Below, piece after piece: positions 35,455 to 48,520 of a stretch of 64,000 bases of DNA. The stretch's first letter is position 1. Each line of letters opens with the position of its first letter. The notes beneath the pieces were generated by a model, which saw nothing but the letters and a program-made list of their open reading frames with translations, had not been told where the DNA came from and did no database searches. The position numbers and the translations under genes are program-made. This DNA comes from Octopus sinensis (taxonomy: Eukaryota): assembly GCF_006345805.1 (NCBI RefSeq), contig NC_043005.1:3348001-3412000 (forward strand), written 5' to 3'.

Positions 35455-36079
35455 ATAATGGTGGTGGTATTTTTGCTGGAAATGTGAATCTAATCAGCAC
35501 TGGCTTAAAACAGATCAATCTAAGGAATGAAGTCAGTTAAATCGAACCAGCACTTTGGATATGGCAGATTTCAGTTTTGTCTGGAACCACGACATGCTGC
35601 CGCCTTAGAGGTGCAGCGTGGCTGTCTGGGAATGTCTGCAGGTTCAAATTGATCCGTTCCGTCTGCGAATTCAAACGTTGTTGTCATGGTGGGGTTGGGT
35701 GATGAGTCTTGTTTCTTCGGTCTTCATTGATTGACGTTGGTTGACAACAGAAGAGAATGAATCTTGAAAGGGAATTGATGGAATGTTTATTTTGATATTT
35801 TTGCCTAATCTGTGGGTCATCTGGGGAAAAGCTTGAACATAGAGTTTTGAAGTTGTATATTTATTTAATTTGGTCTGGATGTGTTTACAAAATGGTAGTT
35901 GTTTGGGTCGTGGGCGTTAATTTTGTGATTTGACAAAAATGCTTCGGGATCCAACTCACACCTGCCGTAGTTTATGACTGGCTTAACGCACTATTGTTGA
36001 TAATGTTGCTAATAGTGGTGCTGTTAGTGTTGATAATGTTGATATCGGCAGTTTTGATAATATTGTTGTTGGTGATTGT

Positions 36080-36395
36080 TTGTTTGTTGAGCGAAGCGGT
36101 CTTCGTCCTTGTAGTGGGAGAAGTCCGAAACGTGGTCCTTTGCTATTCGTAAGACCCGCAGAAGAGAAAGCAGGTCAACCCCCGACACCGAGAGCATCGA
36201 CGGATGGATGAATGCGCATCCAGGCTCAGCGGTTGCGTAGGAAGTCGGGGATAAGAAACAGGAAGAAAGAGTGAGAGAAAGTTGGAGCGAAAGAGTACAA
36301 CAGGGTTCGCCACCACCCCCTGCCGGAGCCTCGTGGAGCTTTAGGTGTTTTCGCTCAATAAACACACACAACGCCCGGTCTGGGAATCGAAACCA
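36080..36395 (-). mobile_element. SINE-like element, family D (5'-truncated)
   Basis: Minus strand starts GGTTTCGATTCCCAGACCGGGCGTTGTG (B-box), GC-rich body, CAA-repeat tail. Confidence 0.55.
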
Positions 36396-37304
36396 CTTGG
36401 TGTTGGTGATGTTATTGTTGATTAGTATTGATGCTGGTTTTGTGTGAGGTGTTGAGTGCAGAGTGAATCCTTATTGGACGCTTTCCGTTTGTGACCAAAC
36501 CATCTCATTCTGTGTGGGTGAGCATGAAAAATGGACCTTAAATGATGACCATGATAGCCATATATCTCTGTTCAATGTGTTTTTCCAGCTTTTTCTAAAG
36601 TTGTTATTTCTAGCAGGTCAAGTGACCACACAAAGGCTCCCTCAGTTGAGTCATTAGAGAGGAACACAATATGCCCTGGAACAAATGAGTTTGTGGATCA
36701 CGTTTGGTTGTTCCATTGGTTAGCAACATGCCATTGGTCTGCTCAATGATGGCTGACCCCATTACCAACATTACTAAAACACCTATTTGAGCTCTGTCCT
36801 ATATTCTAGCAGACTCAGCAGAGCAAGTCCGGCTACTCATAGTAGGAGCAAGTCTGGTACAGCCAAATCGAGCAACTTGCAGCTATTCTGAAACTGGAAA
36901 GTCTTAGTTTGGTTCTAGTGGCTGGTAATACGAATTACAACAGTTTTTATAGTTAAGAGTACTTGTGCTAGATATACATGCTGAATGTTGTTGTGAATAA
37001 AAAATAAATTTAAGCCCTAATTTTTCTAGTAGAAATAAATAAAACATTTTGAACAGAAATGAATTAAAATAATTTATTTAGGAAAGGCATCAAGCTGTAG
37101 AAACCATGCCAAGGGTGACATTGGTGCATGATGCAACTCATCAGGTCCTACTAAGCCATCCTATCCATGCCAGCATGGAAAAAGAAAAATGAATATTAGA
37201 TGATGAGGATTTTAGGTAAAATAAAGAAATAAATAGAAGCTCCCTTGCTAATATTTTATGCAAATTAGCAAGGTGTGTGTAGTTTTGAGCTTGCTTAATT
37301 TTCT

Positions 37305-37710
37305 TTTCTACTCTAGGCACAAGGCCCCAAATTTTTTGGGGGAGAGAGCCAGTCGATTAGATCAACCCAGTATGCAACTGGTACTTAATTTATCAACCCC
37401 AAAACGATGAAAGGCAAAGTCGACCCTGGCGGAATTTGAACTCAGACGAAATACTGCTAGGCATTTTTCCTGGCATGAGAGCTTGCTAATATTTAGCACC
37501 GATAAAGCAGCCAGCTAGCAGAATTGTTAGGAGGCTGGACAAAATGCTTAGTGGCATTTCATCCATTTTTATGTTCTGAGTTCAAATTCAGCTGAGGTCA
37601 ACTTTACCTTTCACTCTTTCAGGGTTGATAAACTAAGTACCAGTTGCATACTGTGGTTGATGTAATCAACTTACCCCTCCTCTGAAATTGCTGGCCTTGT
37701 GCCAAAATAT
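37305..37710. mobile_element. Head-to-head pair of family B SINEs
   Basis: Minus copy 37305-37490 and plus copy 37510-37710 share the core in opposite orientation. Confidence 0.8.
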
Positions 37711-38934
37711 TTGAGATCAATATTTAATGCAAATATTCTTTTGGTTATTGAAATAAGGTGTGAGTAATGTATTTCGCCCAGGTTTGGCATATTTTGTAAT
37801 AAATCAATTTAGTATCACTCCCTAAGTCCCACACCTAACAAGACTAAATAGTAATTTTCAGTTAATTATGAGGTATATTAACGAGAAAAAGAGGAAAAGG
37901 TTAATTTGATCAACAAAATTTATGAATGAACAAACTAAAAAGAAAACTATAAATAGTTCACTTGTTTCACAGTGTGAGACTTTTGTGAATTAAGCGTAAC
38001 CAGACTTGTTTGGAAATCTTGGACAAAGATTGAAGTCATTGAAGCATAAAATGCTCTCTTTAGTGGAAGAGAAAGTAAGATGGCTTGAATTGGATTATCT
38101 GCTTTGATACTTTTCCATACTCATCTATTCCAAAGTAGATTTAGCTTTCCAAGCTGTCTGAGTTTCAATTAAATAAAATCCATATATGTATGGGTGGGTG
38201 AGGGGTATTTATACCGTTTTCTTTTAGTTGTTTCCAGCATTAGACTGTGGCCATGCTGGGACACTCACTGCTTTGAAGAATTTTTAGTCAAATGAATTGA
38301 CCTCGGGACTTGTTTCTTTTTTAAGAATAATACTTATTCTATTGATATCTTTTGCCAAACCACTAAGTTACAGGAACATAAACACACCAACATTGGTTGT
38401 TAAGTGGTGATGGGGAACAAACACACATACACATGAAAAGCTTCTTTCAGTTTCCAGCTACAAAATACATTCACAAGATACATGCCCAAGGTATCACGCA
38501 GTGGAACAGAACCCGGAACCATGTGGCTGGGAAGCAAGCTTCTTACCCCACAGCCATGCGTGAGATAAACATTCTGGTTGTGTGGTTAATAAGCTTGCTT
38601 CGCAACAGCAGGGATTCGGGTTCAGTCCTACTCTGTGGTACCTTGGGTAAGTGTCTTCTACTATACCTCTATGCTACCTAATGCCTGTGAGTGAATTTTG
38701 TAGATGGAAACTGTGTGGAATCCCATCATGTATGCATGTGTGTGTGTCATTGAGTTTGCTAACCCCCTCCCCGCCAACTGCTTCACAATTGATGTTGGTT
38801 TCTTTATGGCCCTGTAATGGAACAGTTTGGCAACAGAGATGGATAGAACAAGTACCAGACTTAAAAACTTAGTACTGAGTCCCAGCTTGGCTGCAGTTCA
38901 ATAATTGGGATAAATTAAAAGTAAAGACCCCTCT

Positions 38935-39135
38935 GTCCGGCATTCGCTATGAAAGATCATTAGCCACTAAACCTTTTTCTATTTTCTCTCCCTGTTTATT
39001 TCTGTGTTCCTTTCTGTCGAAGAGCGTAGGCTCGAAACGTAAAAGACTTTCTCACTTCCCAAGCATTAAACTAATATGTCTGTTTGTTGTTTACACACCC
39101 ATCTTCGTCTTTTGTTTTTTTGTAAATTCTCACTA
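38935..39135 (+). mobile_element. Penelope-like terminal fragment, family 2, with hammerhead-like motif
   Basis: CTGTCGA-A-GAGC-GTAG-GCTC-GAAACGTA motif; homologous to 53030-53220 (-) and 54308-54497 (+); ends in (TA)n. Penelope assignment is by inference from the motif. Confidence 0.55.
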
Positions 39136-39166
39136 TATATATATATGTAGTTATGTATGTATATTG

Positions 39167-39199
<33 letters not shown>

Positions 39200-39429
39200 G
39201 ACCGGAGTAAACACATAAATGTGAAACAAGGTGGAAAAAAGAGTACTCAAATACCAGTGGTAGAGTAATATGCTTTATTTTAAGCAGCAGAAAATTCAAC
39301 AAAATCTGTTACTCTGAGTTTCTCGTTGCCGTTCATCAGACAGTTTTGCTAGCAAAAACTGTCTGATGAACGGCAACGAGAAACTCAGAGTAACAGATTT
39401 TGTTGAATTTTCTGCTGCTTAAAATAAAG
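39200..39429. mobile_element. Penelope-like terminal fragment, family 1, folded back as a 78-bp-arm palindrome
   Basis: 39273-39350 is the reverse complement of 39351-39429 with one homopolymer indel; bounded by (TA)n on both sides. Confidence 0.6.
39355..39401 (+). ncRNA. Minimal type I hammerhead ribozyme motif (mirror copy on minus strand 39301-39347)
   Basis: Stem I AAAACUGU / ACAG-A-UUUU, core CUGAUGA, short stem II A-CG-GCAA-CG-A, GAA, stem III ACUC-A-GAGU, cleavage triplet GUA. Confidence 0.6.
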
Positions 39430-39543
39430 TATATATATAATATATATATATTATATATATATAGTATATATATATATTATATATATATATGTAATATATA
39501 TATATATGTATATAATATATATATGTATATATATATATATGTG

Positions 39544-39574
<31 letters not shown>

Positions 39575-39600
39575 GTGTGTATATATATATATATATGTGT

Positions 39601-39631
<31 letters not shown>

Positions 39632-39697
39632 GTGTATATATATATATATGTGTGTATATATATATATATATATTATATGTATATATATATATATCTG

Positions 39698-39731
<34 letters not shown>

Positions 39732-39879
39732 ATATATATATGTATGTATATATATGTATTATATGTAGTATATATATGTATATATATATATGTATGTAAT
39801 ATATATTATATATGTATGTATATATATATATTATATATATATGTATATGTATAATATATATATTATATATATATGTATG

Positions 39880-39914
<35 letters not shown>

Positions 39915-39930
39915 ATATATAATATATATG

Positions 39931-39973
<43 letters not shown>

Positions 39974-40149
39974 ATATATATATATATATATATGTATGTT
40001 TTGATTGATGATTGATTCTAGTTTCAGCTTATGAGCTGTGGCCATGCTGGGGGCACCGCCATTTGGGTGTTGCTACTTGGTTTCACTTCATGGAGGCTGT
40101 ATATATATATATATATATGTATGTATATATATATATATATATATGTATG

Positions 40150-40201
<52 letters not shown>

Positions 40202-40225
40202 TATATATATTATATATTATATATG

Positions 40226-40262
<37 letters not shown>

Positions 40263-40374
40263 ATTATATAATATATTTATATATATTATATATATATATA
40301 TATGTATGTATATGTATTATATATATATATATAATATATATGTATATATATATATATTCTATTGTATGTATATA

Positions 40375-40411
<37 letters not shown>

Positions 40412-40416
40412 ATATA

Positions 40417-40466
<50 letters not shown>

Positions 40467-40811
40467 ATCTATATATATTATATATATATAATATATTATA
40501 TATGTATATATATATGTATGTATATATATATGTATGTGTATATATATATGTATGTTATATATATGTATGTATATATATATATGTATGATATAATATATAT
40601 GTATATATATATATATTTGTATATATATATATTATGTGTATATATATATGTATGTATATATATATATGTATAATATATATGTGTATATATATATGTATGT
40701 TATATATATATATGTATGTAATATATATATATATATATGTATGTGTATATATATATGTATATATATATATATATGTATATATATTATATATAATATATAT
40801 AATAATATATG

Positions 40812-40861
<50 letters not shown>

Positions 40862-40862
40862 G

Positions 40863-40914
<52 letters not shown>

Positions 40915-40926
40915 TGTATATGTATA

Positions 40927-40978
<52 letters not shown>

Positions 40979-41138
40979 TATATGTATATATTATATATAA
41001 TATATGTATATATATAGTATATATATGTATTATATATATATATGTGTATATATATATATATATATATGTTATATATATATGTATATATATATGTATATAT
41101 ATATGTATATATATATGTATATATATATGTATATATAT

Positions 41139-41170
<32 letters not shown>

Positions 41171-41731
41171 TATATTAATATATATATGTATATATATATA
41201 TATATAAATCCTTAAATCCTTAAAAATGTTTTAGCCCGAAGGCCGCGGCCATGCTGGGGCACCACCGCTGAATGAGCCACACTAGTTGTGAATCCACCTC
41301 TGATACGTGCACTTGATCAACAAGGGAGTTCGATGCTGCTGCCCGCATCTGTGTCTCCTGTCGTGAGGTAGGTTCATCTGGGACTCCCAACAAGAAGAGA
41401 TCAGTTTAGTTTTAAAGAAACCCACATCCACACCATTAAGTCTCTCAGGCATTTAGGGAGATTTGAAAAGCTGTGGTCCTCTGAAACCCAAGCTGTTGCA
41501 GTATCTGGACCTGTATTTTGATGGTGATGTTGGAATCCTTGGCACCACGCAGCGGCGCCCCGTTCTGCGGTTGGAGTAACTTTGAATGCCAAAGTTTGGG
41601 ATAAGACCTCCAGGATTTTCCAGATGTATATTACTGCATATCTCTCCCGCCTCCGCTCCAGGGAGAAGAGGTTTATATGTATATATATATAAACCTCTTC
41701 TCCTGGAGCGGAGGCGGGAGAGATATGCAGT

Positions 41732-41796
<65 letters not shown>

Positions 41797-41904
41797 TATA
41801 ATATAATATATATATATATATGTATGTATGTATTGTATATTATATATAATATATATATGTATGTATTTATGTATTATATATATATATTATATATGTATGT
41901 ATGT

Positions 41905-41935
<31 letters not shown>

Positions 41936-42179
41936 TATGTATGTATATATATATATATATGTATGTATGTATGTATATTATATATATATATATATGTATG
42001 TAGTATGTATATATATATATATTATATAATATATATGTATGTATATATGTAGTATATATATATTATATAATATATAATATATATATATGTATGTATATAA
42101 TATATATATATTATGTATTGTATATATATATATATATCTATGGTATATGTATGTATAATATATATATATTTAGGTATGT

Positions 42180-42242
<63 letters not shown>

Positions 42243-42418
42243 ATATATATATAATATATATTATGTATGTGTATATATATATATATAGTATATTATATAT
42301 ATGTATGTATATATTATTATATATAATATTATGTATGTTATGTATATATATATATATATATCTATGTATATGTATATATATATATTATATATGTATGTAT
42401 ATATATATATATATGTAT

Positions 42419-42451
<33 letters not shown>

Positions 42452-42481
42452 AATTATATATATATAATGTATGTATATGTA

Positions 42482-42522
<41 letters not shown>

Positions 42523-42837
42523 TTATATATATATGTATGTATTATATATAATATATATATATATATGTATGTATATATATTATATAATATATATATAATA
42601 TGTATATATATATATATATATATGTGTATTATATATAGTATATATATATATATATAGTATGTATATGTAGTATATAATATAATATATATGTATGTATATA
42701 ATATTATATATATATATATGTATGTATATATATATATAATATATTATATATATGTATGTATATATTATGTATATATATATATATAATAATATATATATGT
42801 ATTATATATATATATATATATATAATATATGTATGTA

Positions 42838-42868
<31 letters not shown>

Positions 42869-42944
42869 ATGTATGTATATAGATATATATATATATATAT
42901 ATTATATATATGTATATTATATATATATATATTATATATATATG

Positions 42945-42991
<47 letters not shown>

Positions 42992-43378
42992 ATATAGGAT
43001 AATATATATATATATATGTATGTATCATATATGCTATTATATATATGTATGTATGTATATATATATAATATAATATATCTATATATATATGTATGTAGTA
43101 TATATATATATAGGATATATATATATATATATATACTGTAGTATGTATATATAGATATATAATATATATATATGTATGTATTATATATATATATATATAT
43201 ATTATTATATATATATGTAGATATATATATATATATATATAGTATGTATAGATATATATATATATATGTTATGTATGTATGTCTTATATATAATATATAT
43301 ATATGTATGTATATAGATATAGATATATATATATCTTATATATATATGTATATATATTATATATATATATAATATATG

Positions 43379-43415
<37 letters not shown>

Positions 43416-43439
43416 AGTATATTATATATATATGTAATG

Positions 43440-43470
<31 letters not shown>

Positions 43471-43499
43471 TGTATATATATATATATTTTATGTCTATG

Positions 43500-43553
<54 letters not shown>

Positions 43554-43826
43554 ATATATTATATATATTATATAGGTATATATATATATATATATATTAC
43601 TAATATGTATGTATATATACTATATATATATATATGTATGTATATATATATATATATTATTATATATATATGTATCTATATATATATATATATATATATG
43701 TTTATGTATATATATATATAGATATATATATATAATATATGTGATGTATATATATATATATATTATATATGTATGTATAATATATATATATATATGATGT
43801 ATATAATATATATATATATATGTATG

Positions 43827-43859
<33 letters not shown>

Positions 43860-43979
43860 ATATATATATATATATATATGTGTATGTATATATATATATA
43901 TATTATATATATATATTGTGTATGTATATCTATAATATATATATATGTGTATGTATATATATCTATATATATATATGTG

Positions 43980-44014
<35 letters not shown>

Positions 44015-44054
44015 ATGTATATATTATATATATAATATATATATATATGTATGT

Positions 44055-44100
<46 letters not shown>

Positions 44101-44166
44101 ATATATATATATATATATGTATGTATGTATGTATGTATATATATATATATATATATATTATGTATG

Positions 44167-44197
<31 letters not shown>

Positions 44198-44380
44198 TGT
44201 ATGTATATATATATATATATGTATATATATATTATGTATATATATATATATGTATGTTATATATATATATATATGTATGTATATTATATATATATATGTA
44301 GGTAATATATATATATATTATATATATGTTATAATATATATATATATATATTGTATGTATTATATATATATATATGTATG

Positions 44381-44433
<53 letters not shown>

Positions 44434-44438
44434 GTATG

Positions 44439-44469
<31 letters not shown>

Positions 44470-44669
44470 GTATGTAATATATATATATATATATATTATG
44501 TATATATGTATATAATATATATATGTATGTATATATATATATATATATATGTATGTATATATGTATATATATACTATATATGTATGTATATATGTATATA
44601 TATATATATATGTATGTATATAATATATATATATTATGTATATATCTATATAATATATCTATATGTATG

Positions 44670-44700
<31 letters not shown>
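39430..44700. repeat. ~5 kb degenerate (TA)n/(TATG)n tract with small embedded SINE and CR1 fragments
   Basis: Almost pure A/T alternation with scattered G and indels; all YI-repeat ORFs arise from it. Confidence 0.97.
41395..41674 (-). mobile_element. CR1-clade LINE 3' fragment
   Basis: Minus strand translates LFSLERRRERYAVIYIWKILEGLIPNFGIQSYSNRRTGRRC, the CR1 ORF2 C-terminus. Confidence 0.8.
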
Positions 44701-44701
<1 letters not shown>

Positions 44702-44724
44702 CTTTGATACTTTGATACTTTGAT

Positions 44725-45674
44725 AGGTTTCGGCCATTATTGGCCCAGGCCATGTCTAACTTAATAGCACCACCTGGTGAAGTCTTTCAAGTCAGAATTT
44801 GGGCACTATGGCCCACTCAAGTAGAGAGTTATTGTTTACGAGATATCCGGGTGTAGGGGGTTCATCCGGGATTTCTTGAAGGAATCTGTCCAAAGACTTC
44901 TTGAACCCTATAGGGTCAGTTTCTGTTTTAAGGTGTTTTTGGTGTAATGTTAAAGAGAGCGGGGCCAATGAGGTGAAATAATTGTGCCGTATTGTTGTTA
45001 TGAGATGAGAGTGCGATTTTTGTTTTGGGGGATGGCACGGGGCCCAAGCCTTGGATGTACCTTAAAGGTGATGCCACATCATTTGGGCAATGCTGATGGA
45101 ATATTTTCCACATCATGCAGATGATGTAGCGCTCACGACGACGTTGGAGAGAATAGAGTTTTAGCTTTCTAGTCGACCCCAATAGTCGAGGCCTGTCTGC
45201 CATCTATCTTTTTTGTGATTGCCCTTTGAGGTGCTTCAACTTTTATGATACCTTGTATTGTGTGGGCAGACCACAGTGGACAACAGTATTCAAGGTGGGG
45301 TCGGGCAAAAGTGGAGAGAGAAGGATAATGGCGTGGATATCTCTCGACTGGAAAGTTCTGAGAATCCAGGAACACATTCTGCGGGCCATGTCAACTTTGG
45401 TGTTTATATGAGTGGCCCAGCTTACGTTGTTGTCCACAATTACTCCCAAGTCTCTGATGTTGTTGTGGCCGCCGCGAGAGTTTCACCTGAAGGAAGGGAG
45501 TATGGGAGTTTCAGGGCATCCTCTTTTCCAAAGTGGATTAGCTCAAATTTATCCTCGTTCAGCAGCATATTGTTTTTTTTTTCTGCCCATTGGATAACAG
45601 CCAGTAGATCTTACTGAAGGCATGTCCGGTCACTAGCCTCATTTATGACCTTCTGTAGCTTGGAGTCATCTGCA
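44725..45674 (-). mobile_element. CR1-clade LINE, RT C-terminal half, 3' UTR and (ATCAAAGT)n tail; 5' side runs into the gap
   Basis: DDSKLQK, LGVIVDNNVSW, ARPHLEYCCPLWSAH, YSLQRRRERY motifs across frameshifts. Confidence 0.85.
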
Positions 45675-45774
45675 NNNNNNNNNNNNNNNNNNNNNNNNNN
45701 NNNNNNNNNNNNNNNNNNNNNNNNNNNNNNNNNNNNNNNNNNNNNNNNNNNNNNNNNNNNNNNNNNNNNNNNNN
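45675..45774. other. Assembly gap (100 N)
   Basis: Run of n characters. Confidence 1.
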
Positions 45775-46389
45775 ATAAAAATATGTACCAGTCATTTGTC
45801 GGGGATTGATCCAGTCAAACTTTAGCTATCCTCTACTTTTGGCCTTATGACAAAATATATGTACATACACACACAATCCACACATATATTTCATCATCAT
45901 CATATATCCATTTTCCCTGCTGGCATGGGTTGGACAGTTGACAGGAACAGGCAAGTCAGATGACTACACCAAGCTCTGCTGTTTGTTTTGGCATTGTTTC
46001 TACAGCTGGATGCCCTTCCTAATGCCAACCACTTTACAGAGTGTACTGGGCACCAGCAACAGTGAGGTCACCAGGTAATATGCAAGACTAGACCTCTCGA
46101 CTGGTAGTGGTGGGGTAGTATTGAGAGACAGAAAAGGTGTCTTACATTAGAAGAGAGACATGGCTGCCTCAGCTGGTGAAGATGTGACAGAAAGGGGTGG
46201 GGGAATGCACTGAAGTGATATATATAGTGGAGTGGACAAGGGATTGGAGAGGGTGGGTAGGTGGGTGAGTTGACAAGATTTCAAAAGGAAATAGGAATTA
46301 GAAGTTGGGGGAAGGGATTTAACACCGGCATATTGTATGAAAGGTGGACACATGAGGGAGAATGGAGGAGTAGTGAGGATGGTTGGGTT

Positions 46390-47000
46390 GTGAGGGGGTC
46401 ATGGACATGGATTTTACTTTGCTGGGTGGGTCTTCCCAAGCACAGCATAGTGCCAGTTGTCTTGGCCCTTTGTCATCTCCACTATGAAGCTCAACTTCTG
46501 AACATCATTTCTTACCGCTTCACCCCATGTCTTCTTGGATTTTCCTCTTCCTCTGGTTCCTGCCACTTTTAGAGACTGTTACTTCTTCATGCTGCTGTCC
46601 TTATCCATACGCATCACATGACTATACCAGCACAGGCTTCTCTCATGCACACCACATCTGATGCCGCTTATGCCCAATTCCTCTCTCAAAACATTTACAC
46701 TTTGTTGTTCTTACATACTAACATTGCACATCCAGCAGAGCATGCTGGCTTCATTTCTTTCAAGCCTTCACATGTCACAGCCTCTACAGTCACAGCCCAT
46801 GTTTCGCTGCCATGTAGCATAGCTCTCCATGTACAGGCATCATACAATCTGCCTTTCACTCTGAGGGAGAGGCCCTTTGTGACTAACAAAGGTAACAGCT
46901 CTCTGAACTTTGCCCAGCTGCTTCTTATTCTAACAACTACACTTTCAGACCAATCTCTACTATTAATTCGATCACCTAGGTAACAAAAACTTATCTACTA
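46390..47000 (-). mobile_element. RTE-clade LINE 3' fragment
   Basis: KGLSLRVKGRLYDAC...MLHGSETWAV and downstream WYSHVMRMDKD motifs, degenerate. Confidence 0.8.
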
Positions 47001-47264
47001 TTTCTAAGAATTCCCCCATAGTGTCAATTGTACCTGCACATTTACTATACACAAAACTACCATATATGCAAAAACATACACATCATCATATATACACACA
47101 CACATTTACTCAAACTTATGTATCAAAGTTTATCGTGATTTATCTATTGGTCGTGATCACTGGGATCCTATTTTTAACGACTACTGCTGCTGCTGCTAAT
47201 GATGATAATAGTAATTGTTTCTTTATTGACCACAAGGGCCAAAATAATAACAATAATAATAATC

Positions 47265-48520
47265 CTTTCTATTATTGGCACAAGGCCTGAAATTTTGGGG
47301 GAGGATATAAGTTGATCGCATCAACCCCAGTGTTCAAGTGGTACTTATTTCATCAACTTGGAAAGGATGAAAAGCAAAGTCAGTCTTCAGAATTTGAATT
47401 CAGAATGTAAAGATGGCTGAAATACCATTAACCATTCTGTCAGCTCACTGCCATAATAATAATAATAATAATAATGATCCCTAATTTTGGCACAGAGGAA
47501 GAAATTTTGAGGAGATGGCGTTAGTTGATTATATTGACCCCAGTATTTAACTGATGCTTCTATCAACTCTGGAGGGATAAAAGATAGATTTGAACTCAGA
47601 ATTTAAAAAGCTGGAACATATATCACAAAGCAAATTCTCTAGTTCTCTACCAATTCTGCCAACTCCCTACTTTGAATAGTTTCTGAATTAGATACACGAT
47701 CAGCTATTTTTGAGGGGAGGGTGTTAGTTGCATTGGCTATGGCTTTATTTTATCAACCCTCAAAAGATGAAAAGCAATGTTGACCGTAGCAGGATTTGAT
47801 CTTAGATCATAAAGCAGCTGAGCAAATGTCACAAGGCATTTTTTTTTTTTTTTGCAATGCACTAATGATTGAGGGCTTGAAAGTCAGGAGAAGGGATCTT
47901 GTTGATTAAACTGACTTCAGTACTTGACCGGCCCTTTTTATTTTATCTTGCCAAGTGATGAAAATCTAAGTTGACTTTGGTGGAATTTGAACTCAGAACA
48001 ATTACCATAAGGTATTTTATTTGATTCTCTAACATTCTTGTCACATAATAATCATAATAATAATAATAACAAAAACACCAGGATTTACAAACACATATAA
48101 CATGCAGAAAATTGCACTACTAGGCACTGCACACATCCTACGAAGAACACTTTCCATACAATAACCATCAGAGCATCACAACAAATCACAGCACATACCC
48201 AAGGCACACAGAGCTGTGCTCGGTAGTGAAGTGAAAGCACGCTTTAAAAATAAAACTACTGAATAATAATAATAATAATAATAATAATGCTTTCTACTAT
48301 AGGCACAAGGCCTGAAATTTGTGGTGGGGTGACTGTAAGTCAATTGCATCGACCCCAGTGTGCAACTGGTACTTATTTTATTCACCCTTATTTATTTTAT
48401 TGAAAGTACGAAAGGCACAGTCGACCCTGGTGGAGTTTGAATTCAGGATGTAAAGATGGACAAAATGCTGCTGTGCGTTTTGCCTGGCAATGCTAATAAT
48501 GATTCTGCCATCTTGCTGCT
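47265..48520 (-). mobile_element. Cluster of about five family B SINE remnants separated by (AAT)n
   Basis: Repeated GGCACAAGGCCTGAAATTT / GAAAGGATGAAA / GAATTTGAACTCAGAA blocks. Confidence 0.75.

Noticed and set aside
39400-44737. Dozens of long Y/I/M/C-rich ORFs
   Set aside because: Translation artefacts of (TA)n, which lacks stops in some frames.
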